Of a DNA stretch of 64,000 bases, positions 8,699-22,504 are shown piece after piece. The stretch covers positions 9,982,001 to 10,046,000 of the forward strand of contig OZ059898.1 in assembly GCA_964057225.1 (NCBI GenBank), written 5' to 3'. The stretch is from Auanema rhodensis. Taxonomy: Eukaryota; Animalia; Nematoda. A program made the translations under genes and the position numbers. The notes below the pieces were generated by a model. That model was not told where the DNA came from. It was given only the letters and a program-made list of their open reading frames with translations, and made no database searches. Every line of letters starts with the position of its first letter. The stretch's first letter is position 1.

Positions 8699-9722
8699 CT
8701 TCGAAAATGTTAGATTGTTTCCGAAAAATTACGAAAAGTCAAGTTCTACTGATTTGAAGAGAATTGTAAGTTTTAGAAAATAATTAAAAATTAGTTCTCT
8801 CTACTATTAACTGATTGTCGGCTAAAATATGGTAACAGTTTTTATAAAAAGTTTCCATGATTAGGATTAAACAAAAAAAAGAATTAAAGAGAAACACTTT
8901 TTGTTTACTTATTTGATTATAATACTTGAAATTCCAAAAACAGTAGAATAAAATTGAGAAATCGACAAAAACAGTTGAACGATTTGAAGAGAATTGTAAG
9001 TTTTAGAAAAGAATTAAAGTTCAGCTATCTCTACTATTAACTGACTATCGGCTAGAATAAGGTAACAGTTTTTATTGAAAGTTTCCATGATTAAGATTGA
9101 ACAAAAAAAAATTAGAGAGAAACACTTCTTGTTTACTTACTTGATTATAATACTTGAAATTCCAAAAACAGTAAAATTAAATTGAGAAAGCGACAAAAAC
9201 AGTTGAACGATTTGAAGACAATTGTAAGTTTAAGAAAAGAATTAAAGTTTAGCTTTGTCTACTATTAACTGATTATCGGCTGAAATATGGTGACAGTTTT
9301 TTTTTAAAAGTTTCCATGATTAAGATTAAACGAAGAAAAAAAAATCAAAGAGAAACACTTCTTGTTTACTAATTTGATTATAACACTTGAAATTCCAACA
9401 AAAGTAAAGTAAAACTGTTAAAGCGAGTAAAACTGTTGAACAATTTGAAGACAATTGTAAGTTGAAAAAAAAAATTAAAGTTTAGCTCTCTCTACTATTA
9501 ACTGAATGTCGGCTAGAATATGATAACAGTTTTTATTAAAAGTTTCCATGATTAAGATTAAACAAAGAAAAAAAATCAAAGAGAAACACTTCTTGTTTAC
9601 TAATTTGATTATAACACTTGAAATTCCAACAAAAGTAAAATAAAACTGTGAAAGCGGGTAAAACTGTTGAACTAAAACAGTCTTTATAAAATATAAATGA
9701 TATTTTTTTATAAAAGTGAAGT

Positions 9723-9793
9723 TGCATCGGCCGGGAATCGAACCCGGGTCGCCCGCGTGGCAGGCGAGCATTCTACCACTGAACCACCGATGC
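9723..9793 (-). tRNA. tRNA-Gly-GCC: tRNA-Gly(GCC)
   Basis: Array consensus. Confidence 0.96.
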
Positions 9794-10588
9794 TTCGAAA
9801 ATGTTAGATTGTTTCCGAAAAATTATGAAAAGTCAAGTTCTACTGATTTGAAGAGAATTGTTAGTTTTAGAAAATAATTAAAAATAAGTTCTCTCTACTA
9901 TTAACTGATTGTCGGCTAAAATATGGTAACAGTTTTTATAAAAAGTTTCCATGATTAGGATTAAACAAAAAAAAGAATTAAAAAGAAACACTTCTTGTTT
10001 ACTTACTTGATTATACTACTTGAAATTCGAAAAAAAGTAAAAAACAATTGAGAAAGCGACATAAACAGTTGAACGATTTGAAGAGAATTGTAAGTTTAAG
10101 AAAAGAATTAAAGTTTAGCTTTGTCTACTATTAACTGATTATCGGCTGAAATATGGTGACAGTTTTTTTTTAAAAGTTTCCATGATTAAGATTAAACGAA
10201 GAAAAAAAAATCAAAGAGAAACACTTCTTGTTTACTAATTTGATTATAACACTTGAAATTCCAACAAAAGTAAAGTAAAACTGTTAAAGCGAGTAAAACT
10301 GTTGAACAATTTGAAGACAATTGTAAGTTGAAAAAAAAAATTAAAGTTTAGCTCTCTCTACTATTAACTGAATGTCGGCTAGAATATGATAACAGTTTTT
10401 ATTAAAAGTTTCCATGATTAAGATTAAACAAAGAAAAAAAATCAAAGAGAAACACTTCTTGTTTACTAATTTGATTATAACACTTGAAATTCCAACAAAA
10501 GTAAAATAAAACTGTGAAAGCGGGTAAAACTGTTGAACTAAAACAGTCTTTATAAAATATAAATGATATTTTTTTATAAAAGTGAAGT

Positions 10589-10659
10589 TGCATCGGCCGG
10601 GAATCGAACCCGGGTCGCCCGCGTGGCAGGCGAGCATTCTACCACTGAACCACCGATGC
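10589..10659 (-). tRNA. tRNA-Gly-GCC: tRNA-Gly(GCC)
   Basis: Array consensus. Confidence 0.96.
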
Positions 10660-11454
10660 TTCGAAAATGTTAGATTGTTTCCGAAAAATTATGAAAAGTC
10701 AAGTTCTACTGATTTGAAGAGAATTGTTAGTTTTAGAAAATAATTAAAAATAAGTTCTCTCTACTATTAACTGATTGTCGGCTAAAATATGGTAACAGTT
10801 TTTATAAAAAGTTTCCATGATTAGGATTAAACAAAAAAAAGAATTAAAAAGAAACACTTCTTGTTTACTTACTTGATTATACTACTTGAAATTCGAAAAA
10901 AAGTAAAAAACAATTGAGAAAGCGACATAAACAGTTGAACGATTTGAAGAGAATTGTAAGTTTAAGAAAAGAATTAAAGTTTAGCTTTGTCTACTATTAA
11001 CTGATTATCGGCTGAAATATGGTGACAGTTTTTTATTAAAAGTTTCCATGATTAAGATTAAACAAAGAAAAAAAAATCAAAGAGAAACACTTCTTGTTTA
11101 CTTATTTGATTATAACACTTGAAATTCCAACAAAAGTAAAATAAAATTGAAAAAGCGACAAAAACAGTTGAACGATTTGAAGACAATTGTAAGTTGAAGA
11201 AAAAAATTAAAGTTTAGCTCTCTCTACTATTAACTGAATGTCGGCTGAAATAAGGTAACAGTTTTTATTAAAAGTTTCCATGATTTAGATTAAACAAAGA
11301 AAAAAAATCAAAGAGAAACACTTCTTGTTTACTAATTTGATTATAACACTTGAAAATCCAACAAAAGTAAAATAAAACTGTGAAAGCGGGTAAAACTGTT
11401 GAACTAAAACAGTCTTTATAAAATATAAATGATATATTTTTATAAAAGTAAAGT

Positions 11455-11525
11455 TGCATCGGCCGGGAATCGAACCCGGGTCGCCCGCGTGGCAGGCGAG
11501 CATTCTACCACTGAACCACCGATGC
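11455..11525 (-). tRNA. tRNA-Gly-GCC: tRNA-Gly(GCC)
   Basis: Array consensus. Confidence 0.96.
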
Positions 11526-12321
11526 TTCGAAAATGTTAGATTGTTTCCGAAAAATTATGAAAAGTCAAGTTCTACTGATTTGAAGAGAATTGTAAGTTTT
11601 AGAGAAGAATTAAAGTTCAGCTATCTCTACTATTAACTGATTATCGGCTAAAATAAGGTAACAGTTTTTATTGAAAGTTTCCATGATTAAGATTAAACAA
11701 AGAAAAAAAATCAAAGAGAAACACTTCTTGTTTACTTATTTGATTATAATACTTGAAATTCCGAAAACAGTAGAATAAAATGAAGAAAGCGACAAAAACA
11801 GTTGAACGATTTGAAGAGAATTGTAAGTTTAAGAAAAGATTTAAAGTTTAGCTTTGTCTACTATTAACTGATTATCGGCTGAATAATGGTGACAGTTTTT
11901 TATTAAAAGTTTCCATGATTAAGATTAAACAAAGAAAAAAAAATCAAAGAGAAACACTTCTTGTTTACTAATTTGATTATAACACTTGAAATTCCAACAA
12001 AAGTAAAGTAAAACTGTTAAAGCGAGTAAAACTGTTGAACAATTTGAAGACAATTGTAAGTTGAAAAAAAAAATTAAAGTTTAGCTCTCTCTACTATTAA
12101 CTGAATGTCGGCTAGAATATGATAACAGTTTTTATTAAAAGTTTCCATGATTAAGATTAAACAAAGAAAAAAAATCAAAGAGAAACACTTCTTGTTTACT
12201 AATTTGATTATAACACTTGAAATTCCAACAAAAGTAAAATAAAACTGTGAAAGCGGGTAAAACTGTTGAACTAAAACAGTCTTTATAAAATATAAATGAT
12301 ATTTTTTTATAAAAGTGAAGT

Positions 12322-12392
12322 TGCATCGGCCGGGAATCGAACCCGGGTCGCCCGCGTGGCAGGCGAGCATTCTACCACTGAACCACCGATGC
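12322..12392 (-). tRNA. tRNA-Gly-GCC: tRNA-Gly(GCC)
   Basis: Array consensus. Confidence 0.96.
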
Positions 12393-13416
12393 TTCGAAAA
12401 TGTTAGATTGTTTCCGAAAAATTATGAAAAGTCAAGTTCTACTGATTTGAAGAGAATTGTTAGTTTTAGAAAATAATTAAAAATAAGTTCTCTCTACTAT
12501 TAACTGATTGTCGGCTAAAATATGGTAACAGTTTTTATAAAAAGTTTCCATGATTAGGATTAAACAAAAAAAAGAATTAAAAAGAAACACTTCTTGTTTA
12601 CTTACTTGATTATAATACTTGAAATTCCAAAAACAGTAGAATAAAATAGAGAAAGCGACGAAAAAAGTTGAACGATTTGAAGAGAATTGTAAGTTTTAGA
12701 AAAGAATTAAAGTTCAGCTATCTCTACTATTAACTGATTATCGGCTAAAATAAGGTAACAGTTTTTATTGAAAGTTTCCATGATTAAGATTAAACAAAGA
12801 AAAAAATCAAAGAGAAACACTTCTTGTTTACTTACTTGATTATAATACTTGAAATTCGAAAAAAAGTAAAAAACAATTGAGAAAGCGACATAAACAGTTG
12901 AACGATTTGAAGAGAATTGTAAGTTTAAGAAAAGAATTAAAGTTTAGCTTTGTCTACTATTAACTGATTATTGGCTGAAATATGGTGACAGTTTTTTATT
13001 AAAAGTTTCCATGATTAAGATTAAACAAAGAAAAAAAATCAAAGAGAAACACTTCTTGTTTACTTATTTGATTATAACACTTGAAATTCCAACAAAAGTA
13101 AAATAAAATTGAAAAAGCGACAAAAACAGTTGAACGATTTGAAGACAATTGTAAGTTGAAGAAAAAAATTAAAGTTTAGCTCTCTCTACTATTAACTGAA
13201 TGTCGGCTGAAATAAGGTAACAGTTTTTATTAAAAGTTTCCATGATTTAGATTAAACAAAGAAAAAAAATCAAAGAGAAACACTTCTTGTTTACTAATTT
13301 GATTATAACACTTGAAAATCCAACAAAAGTAAAATAAAACTGTGAAAGCGGGTAAAACTGTTGAACTAAAACAGTCTTTATAAAATATAAATGATATATT
13401 TTTATAAAAGTAAAGT

Positions 13417-13487
13417 TGCATCGGCCGGGAATCGAACCCGGGTCGCCCGCGTGGCAGGCGAGCATTCTACCACTGAACCACCGATGC
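13417..13487 (-). tRNA. tRNA-Gly-GCC: tRNA-Gly(GCC)
   Basis: Array consensus. Confidence 0.96.
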
Positions 13488-14229
13488 TTCGAAAATGTTA
13501 GATTGTTTCCGAAAAATTATGAAAAGTCAAGTTCTACTGATTTGAAGAGAATTGTAAGTTTTAGAAAAGAATTAAAGTTCAGCTATCTCTACTATTAACT
13601 GATTATCGGCTAAAATAAGGTAACAGTTTTTATTGAAAGTTTCCATGATTAAGATTAAACAAAGAAAAAAAATCAAAGAGAAACACTTCTTGTTTACTTA
13701 TTTGATTATAATACTTGAAATTCCAAAAACAGTAGAATAAAATAGAGAAAGCGACGAAAAAAGTTGAACGATTTGAAGAGAATTGTAAGTTTTAGAAAAG
13801 AATTAAAGTTCAGCTATCTCTACTATTAACTGATTATCGGCTAAAATAAGGTAACAGTTTTTATTGAAAGTTTCCATGATTAAGATTAAACAAAGAAAAA
13901 AATCAAAGAGAAACACTTCTTGTTTACTTACTTGATTATAATACTTGAAATTCCAAAAACAGTAAAATAAAATTGAAAAAGCGACAAAAACAGTTGAACG
14001 ATTTGAAGACAATTGTAAGTTTAAGAAAAGATTTAAAGTTTAGCTTTGTCTACTATCAACTGATTGTCGGCTAAAATATGGTAACAGTTTTTATTAAAAG
14101 TTTCCATGATTAAGATTGAACAAAGAAAAAAAAATCAAAGAGAAACACTTCTTGTTTACTAATTTGATTATAACACTTGAAAATCCAACAAAAGTAAAAT
14201 AAAACTGTAAAAGCGAGTAAAACTGTTGA

Positions 14230-14292
14230 AATAAAACAGTTTTTATTAAATATAAATTGTTTCCGAAAAATTATGAAAAGTCAAGTTCTACT
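14230..14292 (-). pseudogene. Empty tRNA cassette: 111-bp deletion removing the whole tRNA gene and its terminator
   Basis: TATAAAT joins directly to TGTTTCCGAAAAATT at 14256-14258, compared with the intact copy at 15001-15125; 2-bp AT microhomology. Confidence 0.85.
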
Positions 14293-15035
14293 GATTTGAA
14301 GAGAATTGTAAGTTTTAGAAAAGAATTAAAGTTCAGCTATCTCTACTATTAACTGATTATCGGCTAAAATAAGGTAACAGTTTTTATTGAAAGTTTCCAT
14401 GATTAAGATTAAACAAAGAAAAAAAATCAAAGAGAAACACTTCTTGTTTACTTATTTGATTATAATACTTGAAATTCCAAAAACAGTAGAATAAAATAGA
14501 GAAAGCGACGAAAAAAGTTGAACGATTTGAAGAGAATTGTAAGTTTTAGAAAAGAATTAAAGTTCAGCTATCTCTACTATTAACTGATTATCGGCTAAAA
14601 TAAGGTAACAGTTTTTATTGAAAGTTTCCATGATTAAGATTAAACAAAGAAAAAAATCAAAGAGAAACACTTCTTGTTTACTTACTTGATTATAATACTT
14701 GAAATTCCAAAAACAGTAAAATAAAATTGAAAAAGCGACAAAAACAGTTGAACGATTTGAAGACAATTGTAAGTTTAAGAAAAGATTTAAAGTTTAGCTT
14801 TGTCTACTATCAACTGATTGTCGGCTAAAATATGGTAACAGTTTTTATTAAAAGTTTCCATGATTAAGATTGAACAAAGAAAAAAAAATCAAAGAGAAAC
14901 ACTTCTTGTTTACTAATTTGATTATAACACTTGAAAATCCAACAAAAGTAAAATAAAACTGTAAAAGCGAGTAAAACTGTTGAAATAAAACAGTTTTTAT
15001 TAAATATAAATGATATTTTTTTATAAAAATGAAGT

Positions 15036-15106
15036 TGCATCGGCCGGGAATCGAACCCGGGTCGCCCGCGTGGCAGGCGAGCATTCTACCACTGAACCAC
15101 CGATGC
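15036..15106 (-). tRNA. tRNA-Gly-GCC: tRNA-Gly(GCC)
   Basis: Array consensus. Confidence 0.96.
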
Positions 15107-16135
15107 TTCGAAAATGTTAGATTGTTTCCAAAAAATTATGAAAAGTCAAGTTCTACTGACTTGAAGAAAATTGTAAGTTTTAGAAAATAATTAAAAATTA
15201 GTTCTCTCTACTATTAACTGATTGTCGGCTAAAATATGGTAACAGTTTTTATGAAAAGTTTCCATGATTAGGATTAAACAAAGAAAAAAGAATCAAAGAG
15301 AAACACTTCTTGTTTACTTATTTGATTATAATACTTGAAATTCCGAAAACAGTAGAATAAAATGAAGAAAGCGACAAAAACAGTTGAACGATTTGAAGAG
15401 AATTGTAAGTTTAAGAAAAGATTTAAAGTTTAGCTTTGTCTACTATTAACTGATTATCGGCTGAATAATGGTGACAGTTTTTTATTAAAAGTTTCCATGA
15501 TTAAGATTAAACAAAGAAAAAAAAATCAAAGAGAAACACTTCTTGTTTACTTACTTGATTATAATACTTGAAATTCCAAAAACAGTAAAATAAAACTGTT
15601 AAAGCGAGTAAAACTGTTGAACGATTTGAAGACAATTGTAAGTTGAAGAAAAAAATTAAAGTTTAGCTCTCTCTACTATTTGATGATTGTCGGCTAAAAT
15701 ATGGTAACAGTTTTTATTAAAAGTTTCCATGATTAAGATTAAACAAAGAAAAAAAATCAAAGAGAAACACTTCTTGTTTACTTATTTGATTATAACACTT
15801 GAAATTCCAACAAAAGTAAAATAAAATTGAAAAAGCGACAAAAACAGTTGAACGATTTGAAGACAATTGTAAGTTGAAGAAAAAAATTAAAGTTTAGCTC
15901 TCTCTACTATTAACTGATTGTCGGCTAAAATATGGTAACAGTTTTTATTAAAAGTTTCCATGATTAAGATTGAACAAAGAAAAAAAAATCAAAGAGAAAC
16001 ACTTCTTGTTTACTAATTTGATTATAACACTTGAAAATCCAACAAAAGTAAAATAAAACTGTGAAAGCGGGTAAAACTGTTGAACTAAAACAGTCTTTAT
16101 AAAATATAAATGATATATTTTTATAAAAGTAAAGT

Positions 16136-16206
16136 TGCATCGGCCGGGAATCGAACCCGGGTCGCCCGCGTGGCAGGCGAGCATTCTACCACTGAACCAC
16201 CGATGC
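16136..16206 (-). tRNA. tRNA-Gly-GCC: tRNA-Gly(GCC)
   Basis: Array consensus. Confidence 0.96.
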
Positions 16207-17000
16207 TTCGAAAATGTTAGATTGTTTCCGAAAAATTATGAAAAGTCAAGTTCTACTGATTTGAAGAGAATTGTAAGTTTTAGAAAAGAATTAAAGTTCA
16301 GCTATCTCTACTATTAACTGATTATCGGCTAAAATAAGGTAACAGTTTTTATTGAAAGTTTCCATGATTAAGATTAAACAAAGAAAAAAAATCAAAGAGA
16401 AACACTTCTTGTTTACTTATTTGATTATAATACTTGAAATTCCAAAAACAGTAGAATAAAATAGAGAAAGCGACGAAAAAAGTTGAACGATTTGAAGAGA
16501 ATTGTAAGTTTTAGAAAAGAATTAAAGTTCAGCTATCTCTACTATTAACTGATTATCGGCTAAAATAAGGTAACAGTTTTTATTGAAAGTTTCCATGATT
16601 AAGATTAAACAAAGAAAAAAATCAAAGAGAAACACTTCTTGTTTACTTACTTGATTATAATACTTGAAATTCCAAAAACAGTAAAATAAAATTGAAAAAG
16701 CGACAAAAACAGTTGAACGATTTGAAGACAATTGTAAGTTTAAGAAAAGATTTAAAGTTTAGCTTTGTCTACTATTAACTGATTGTCGGCTAAAATATGG
16801 TAACAGTTTTTATTAAAAGTTTCCATGATTAAGATTGAACAAAGAAAAAAAAATCAAAGAGAAACACTTCTTGTTTACTAATTTGATTATAACACTTGAA
16901 AATCCAACAAAAGTAAAATAAAACTGTAAAAGCGAGTAAAACTGTTGAAATAAAACAGTTTTTATTAAATATAAATGATATTTTTTTATAAAAATGAAGT

Positions 17001-17071
17001 TGCATCGGCCGGGAATCGAACCCGGGTCGCCCGCGTGGCAGGCGAGCATTCTACCACTGAACCACCGATGC
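17001..17071 (-). tRNA. tRNA-Gly-GCC: tRNA-Gly(GCC)
   Basis: Array consensus. Confidence 0.96.
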
Positions 17072-17869
17072 TTCGAAAATGTTAGATTGTTTCCAAAAAA
17101 TTATGAAAAGTCAAGTTCTACTGACTTGAAGAAAATTGTAAGTTTTAGAAAATAATTAAAAATTAGTTCTCTCTACTATTAACTGATTGTCGGCTAAAAT
17201 ATGGTAACAGTTTTTATGAAAAGTTTCCATGATTAGGATTAAACAAAGAAAAAAGAATCAAAGAGAAACACTTCTTGTTTACTTATTTGATTATAATACT
17301 TGAAATTCCGAAAACAGTAGAATAAAATGAAGAAAGCGACAAAAACAGTTGAACGATTTGAAGAGAATTGTAAGTTTAAGAAAAGATTTAAAGTTTAGCT
17401 TTGTCTACTATTAACTGATTATCGGCTGAATAATGGTGACAGTTTTTTATTAAAAGTTTCCATGATTAAGATTAAACAAAGAAAAAAAAATCAAAGAGAA
17501 ACACTTCTTGTTTACTTACTTGATTATAATACTTGAAATTCCAAAAACAGTAAAATAAAACTGTTAAAGCGAGTAAAACTGTTGAACGATTTGAAGACAA
17601 TTGTAAGTTGAAGAAAAAAATTAAAGTTTAGCTCTCTCTACTATTTGATGATTGTCGGCTAAAATATGGTAACAGTTTTTATTAAAAGTTTCCATGATTA
17701 AGATTGAACAAAGAAAAAAAAATCAAAGAGAAACACTTCTTGTTTACTAATTTGATTATAACACTTGAAAATCCAACAAAAGTAAAATAAAACTGTAAAA
17801 GCGAGTAAAACTGTTGAAATAAAACAGTTTTTATTAAATATAAATGATATTTTTTTATAAAAATGAAGT

Positions 17870-17940
17870 TGCATCGGCCGGGAATCGAACCCGGGTCGCC
17901 CGCGTGGCAGGCGAGCATTCTACCACTGAACCACCGATGC
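17870..17940 (-). tRNA. tRNA-Gly-GCC: tRNA-Gly(GCC)
   Basis: Array consensus. Confidence 0.96.
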
Positions 17941-18736
17941 TTCGAAAATGTTAGATTGTTTCCGAAAAATTATGAAAAGTCAAGTTCTACTGATTTGAAG
18001 AGAATTGTAAGTTTTAGAAAAGAATTAAAGTTCAGCTATCTCTACTATTAACTGATTATCGGCTAAAATAAGGTAACAGTTTTTATTGAAAGTTTCCATG
18101 ATTAAGATTAAACAAAGAAAAAAAATCAAAGAGAAACACTTCTTGTTTACTTATTTGATTATAATACTTGAAATTCCAAAAACAGTAGAATAAAATAGAG
18201 AAAACGACGAAAAAAGTTGAACGATTTGAAGAGAATTGTAAGTTTAAGAAAAGAATTAAAGTTTAGCTTTGTCTACTATTAACTGATTATCGGCTGAAAT
18301 ATGGTGACAGTTTTTTATTAAAAGTTTCCATGATTAAGATTAAACAAAGAAAAAAAAATCAAAGAGAAACACTTCTTGTTTACTTATTTGATTATAACAC
18401 TTGAAATTCCAACAAAAGTAAAATAAAATTGAAAAAGCGACAAAAACAGTTGAACGATTTGAAGACAATTGTAAGTTGAAGAAAAAAATTAAAGTTTAGC
18501 TCTCTCTACTATTAACTGAATGTCGGCTGAAATAAGGTAACAGTTTTTATTAAAAGTTTCCATGATTTAGATTAAACAAAGAAAAAAAATCAAAGAGAAA
18601 CACTTCTTGTTTACTAATTTGATTATAACACTTGAAAATCCAACAAAAGTAAAATAAAACTGTGAAAGCGGGTAAAACTGTTGAACTAAAACAGTCTTTA
18701 TAAAATATAAATGATATATTTTTATAAAAGTAAAGT

Positions 18737-18807
18737 TGCATCGGCCGGGAATCGAACCCGGGTCGCCCGCGTGGCAGGCGAGCATTCTACCACTGAACCA
18801 CCGATGC
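18737..18807 (-). tRNA. tRNA-Gly-GCC: tRNA-Gly(GCC)
   Basis: Array consensus. Confidence 0.96.
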
Positions 18808-19832
18808 TTCGAAAATGTTAGATTGTTTCCGAAAAATTATGAAAAGTCAAGTTCTACTGATTTGAAGAGAATTGTAAGTTTTAGAAAAGAATTAAAGTTC
18901 AGCTATCTCTACTATTAACTGATTATCGGCTAAAATAAGGTAACAGTTTTTATTGAAAGTTTCCATGATTAAGATTAAACAAAGAAAAAAAATCAAAGAG
19001 AAACACTTCTTGTTTACTTATTTGATTATAATACTTGAAATTCCAAAAACAGTAGAATAAAATAGAGAAAGCGACGAAAAAAGTTGAACGATTTGAAGAG
19101 AATTGTAAGTTTTAGAAAAGAATTAAAGTTCAGCTATCTCTACTATTAACTGATTATCGGCTAAAATAAGGTAACAGTTTTTATTGAAAGTTTCCATGAT
19201 TAAGATTAAACAAAGAAAAAAATCAAAGAGAAACACTTCTTGTTTACTTACTTGATTATAATACTTGAAATTCCAAAAACAGTAAAATAAAATTGAAAAA
19301 GCGACAAAAACAGTTGAACGATTTGAAGAAAATTGTAAGTTTTAGAAAATAATTAAAAATTAGTTCTCTCTACTATTAACTGATTGTCGGCTAAAATATG
19401 GTAACAGTTTTTATTAAAAGTTTCCATGATTAAGATTAAACAAAGAAAAAAAATCAAAGAGAAACACTTCTTGTTTACTTATTTGATTATAACACTTGAA
19501 ATTCCAACAAAAGTAAAATAAAATTGAAAAAGCGACAAAAACAGTTGAACGATTTGAAGACAATTGTAAGTTGAAGAAAAAAATTAAAGTTTAGCTCTCT
19601 CTACTATTAACTGATTGTCGGCTAAAATATGGTAACAGTTTTTATTAAAAGTTTCCATGATTAAGATTGAACAAAGAAAAAAAAATCAAAGAGAAACACT
19701 TCTTGTTTACTAATTTGATTATAACACTTGAAAATCCAACAAAAGTAAAATAAAACTGTGAAAGCGGGTAAAACTGTTGAACTAAAACAGTCTTTATAAA
19801 ATATAAATGATATATTTTTATAAAAGTAAAGT

Positions 19833-19903
19833 TGCATCGGCCGGGAATCGAACCCGGGTCGCCCGCGTGGCAGGCGAGCATTCTACCACTGAACCACCGA
19901 TGC
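19833..19903 (-). tRNA. tRNA-Gly-GCC: tRNA-Gly(GCC)
   Basis: Array consensus. Confidence 0.96.
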
Positions 19904-20697
19904 TTCGAAAATGTTAGATTGTTTCCGAAAAATTATGAAAAGTCAAGTTCTACTGATTTGAAGAGAATTGTAAGTTTTAGAAAAGAATTAAAGTTCAGCT
20001 ATCTCTACTATTAACTGATTATCGGCTAAAATAAGGTAACAGTTTTTATTGAAAGTTTCCATGATTAAGATTAAACAAAGAAAAAAAATCAAAGAGAAAC
20101 ACTTCTTGTTTACTTATTTGATTATAATACTTGAAATTCCAAAAACAGTAGAATAAAATAGAGAAAGCGACGAAAAAAGTTGAACGATTTGAAGAGAATT
20201 GTAAGTTTTAGAAAAGAATTAAAGTTCAGCTATCTCTACTATTAACTGATTATCGGCTAAAATAAGGTAACAGTTTTTATTGAAAGTTTCCATGATTAAG
20301 ATTAAACAAAGAAAAAAATCAAAGAGAAACACTTCTTGTTTACTTACTTGATTATAATACTTGAAATTCCAAAAACAGTAAAATAAAATTGAAAAAGCGA
20401 CAAAAACAGTTGAACGATTTGAAGACAATTGTAAGTTTAAGAAAAGATTTAAAGTTTAGCTTTGTCTACTATTAACTGATTGTCGGCTAAAATATGGTAA
20501 CAGTTTTTATTAAAAGTTTCCATGATTAAGATTGAACAAAGAAAAAAAAATCAAAGAGAAACACTTCTTGTTTACTAATTTGATTATAACACTTGAAAAT
20601 CCAACAAAAGTAAAATAAAACTGTAAAAGCGAGTAAAACTGTTGAAATAAAACAGTTTTTATTAAATATAAATGATATTTTTTTATAAAAATGAAGT

Positions 20698-20768
20698 TGC
20701 ATCGGCCGGGAATCGAACCCGGGTCGCCCGCGTGGCAGGCGAGCATTCTACCACTAAACCACCGATGC
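20698..20768 (-). tRNA. tRNA-Gly-GCC: tRNA-Gly(GCC), variant C13U
   Basis: Substitution at 20756 gives a D-stem wobble. Confidence 0.92.
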
Positions 20769-21566
20769 TTCGAAAATGTTAGATTGTTTCCAAAAAATTA
20801 TGAAAAGTCAAGTTCTACTGACTTGAAGAAAATTGTAAGTTTTAGAAAATAATTAAAAATTAGTTCTCTCTACTATTAACTGATTGTCGGCTAAAATATG
20901 GTAACAGTTTTCATGAAAAGTTTCCATGATTAGGATTAAACAAAGAAAAAAGAATCAAAGAGAAACACTTCTTGTTTACTTATTTGATTATAATACTTGA
21001 AATTCCGAAAACAGTAGAATAAAATGAAGAAAGCGACAAAAACAGTTGAACGATTTGAAGAGAATTGTAAGTTTAAGAAAAGATTTAAAGTTTAGCTTTG
21101 TCTACTATTAACTGATTATCGGCTGAATAATGGTGACAGTTTTTTATTAAAAGTTTCCATGATTAAGATTAAACAAAGAAAAAAAAATCAAAGAGAAACA
21201 CTTCTTGTTTACTTACTTGATTATAATACTTGAAATTCCAAAAACAGTAAAATAAAACTGTTAAAGCGAGTAAAACTGTTGAACGATTTGAAGACAATTG
21301 TAAGTTGAAGAAAAAAATTAAAGTTTAGCTCTCTCTACTATTTGATGATTGTCGGCTAAAATATGGTAACAGTTTTTATTAAAAGTTTCCATGATTAAGA
21401 TTGAACAAAGAAAAAAAAATCAAAGAGAAACACTTCTTGTTTACTAATTTGATTATAACACTTGAAAATCCAACAAAAGTAAAATAAAACTGTAAAAGCG
21501 AGTAAAACTGTTGAAATAAAACAGTTTTTATTAAATATAAATGATATTTTTTTATAAAAATGAAGT

Positions 21567-21637
21567 TGCATCGGCCGGGAATCGAACCCGGGTCGCCCGC
21601 GTGGCAGGCGAGCATTCTACCACTGAACCACCGATGC
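21567..21637 (-). tRNA. tRNA-Gly-GCC: tRNA-Gly(GCC)
   Basis: Array consensus. Confidence 0.96.
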
Positions 21638-22433
21638 TTCGAAAATGTTAGATTGTTTCCGAAAAATTATGAAAAGTCAAGTTCTACTGATTTGAAGAGA
21701 ATTGTAAGTTTTAGAAAAGAATTAAAGTTCAGCTATCTCTACTATTAACTGATTATCGGCTAAAATAAGGTAACAGTTTTTATTGAAAGTTTCCATGATT
21801 AAGATTAAACAAAGAAAAAAAATCAAAGAGAAACACTTCTTGTTTACTTATTTGATTATAATACTTGAAATTCCAAAAACAGTAGAATAAAATAGAGAAA
21901 ACGACGAAAAAAGTTGAACGATTTGAAGAGAATTGTAAGTTTAAGAAAAGAATTAAAGTTTAGCTTTGTCTACTATTAACTGATTATCGGCTGAAATATG
22001 GTGACAGTTTTTTATTAAAAGTTTCCATGATTAAGATTAAACAAAGAAAAAAAAATCAAAGAGAAACACTTCTTGTTTACTTATTTGATTATAACACTTG
22101 AAATTCCAACAAAAGTAAAATAAAATTGAAAAAGCGACAAAAACAGTTGAACGATTTGAAGACAATTGTAAGTTGAAGAAAAAAATTAAAGTTTAGCTCT
22201 CTCTACTATTAACTGAATGTCGGCTGAAATAAGGTAACAGTTTTTATTAAAAGTTTCCATGATTTAGATTAAACAAAGAAAAAAAATCAAAGAGAAACAC
22301 TTCTTGTTTACTAATTTGATTATAACACTTGAAAATCCAACAAAAGTAAAATAAAACTGTGAAAGCGGGTAAAACTGTTGAACTAAAACAGTCTTTATAA
22401 AATATAAATGATATATTTTTATAAAAGTAAAGT

Positions 22434-22504
22434 TGCATCGGCCGGGAATCGAACCCGGGTCGCCCGCGTGGCAGGCGAGCATTCTACCACTGAACCACCG
22501 ATGC
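22434..22504 (-). tRNA. tRNA-Gly-GCC: tRNA-Gly(GCC)
   Basis: Array consensus. Confidence 0.96.
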
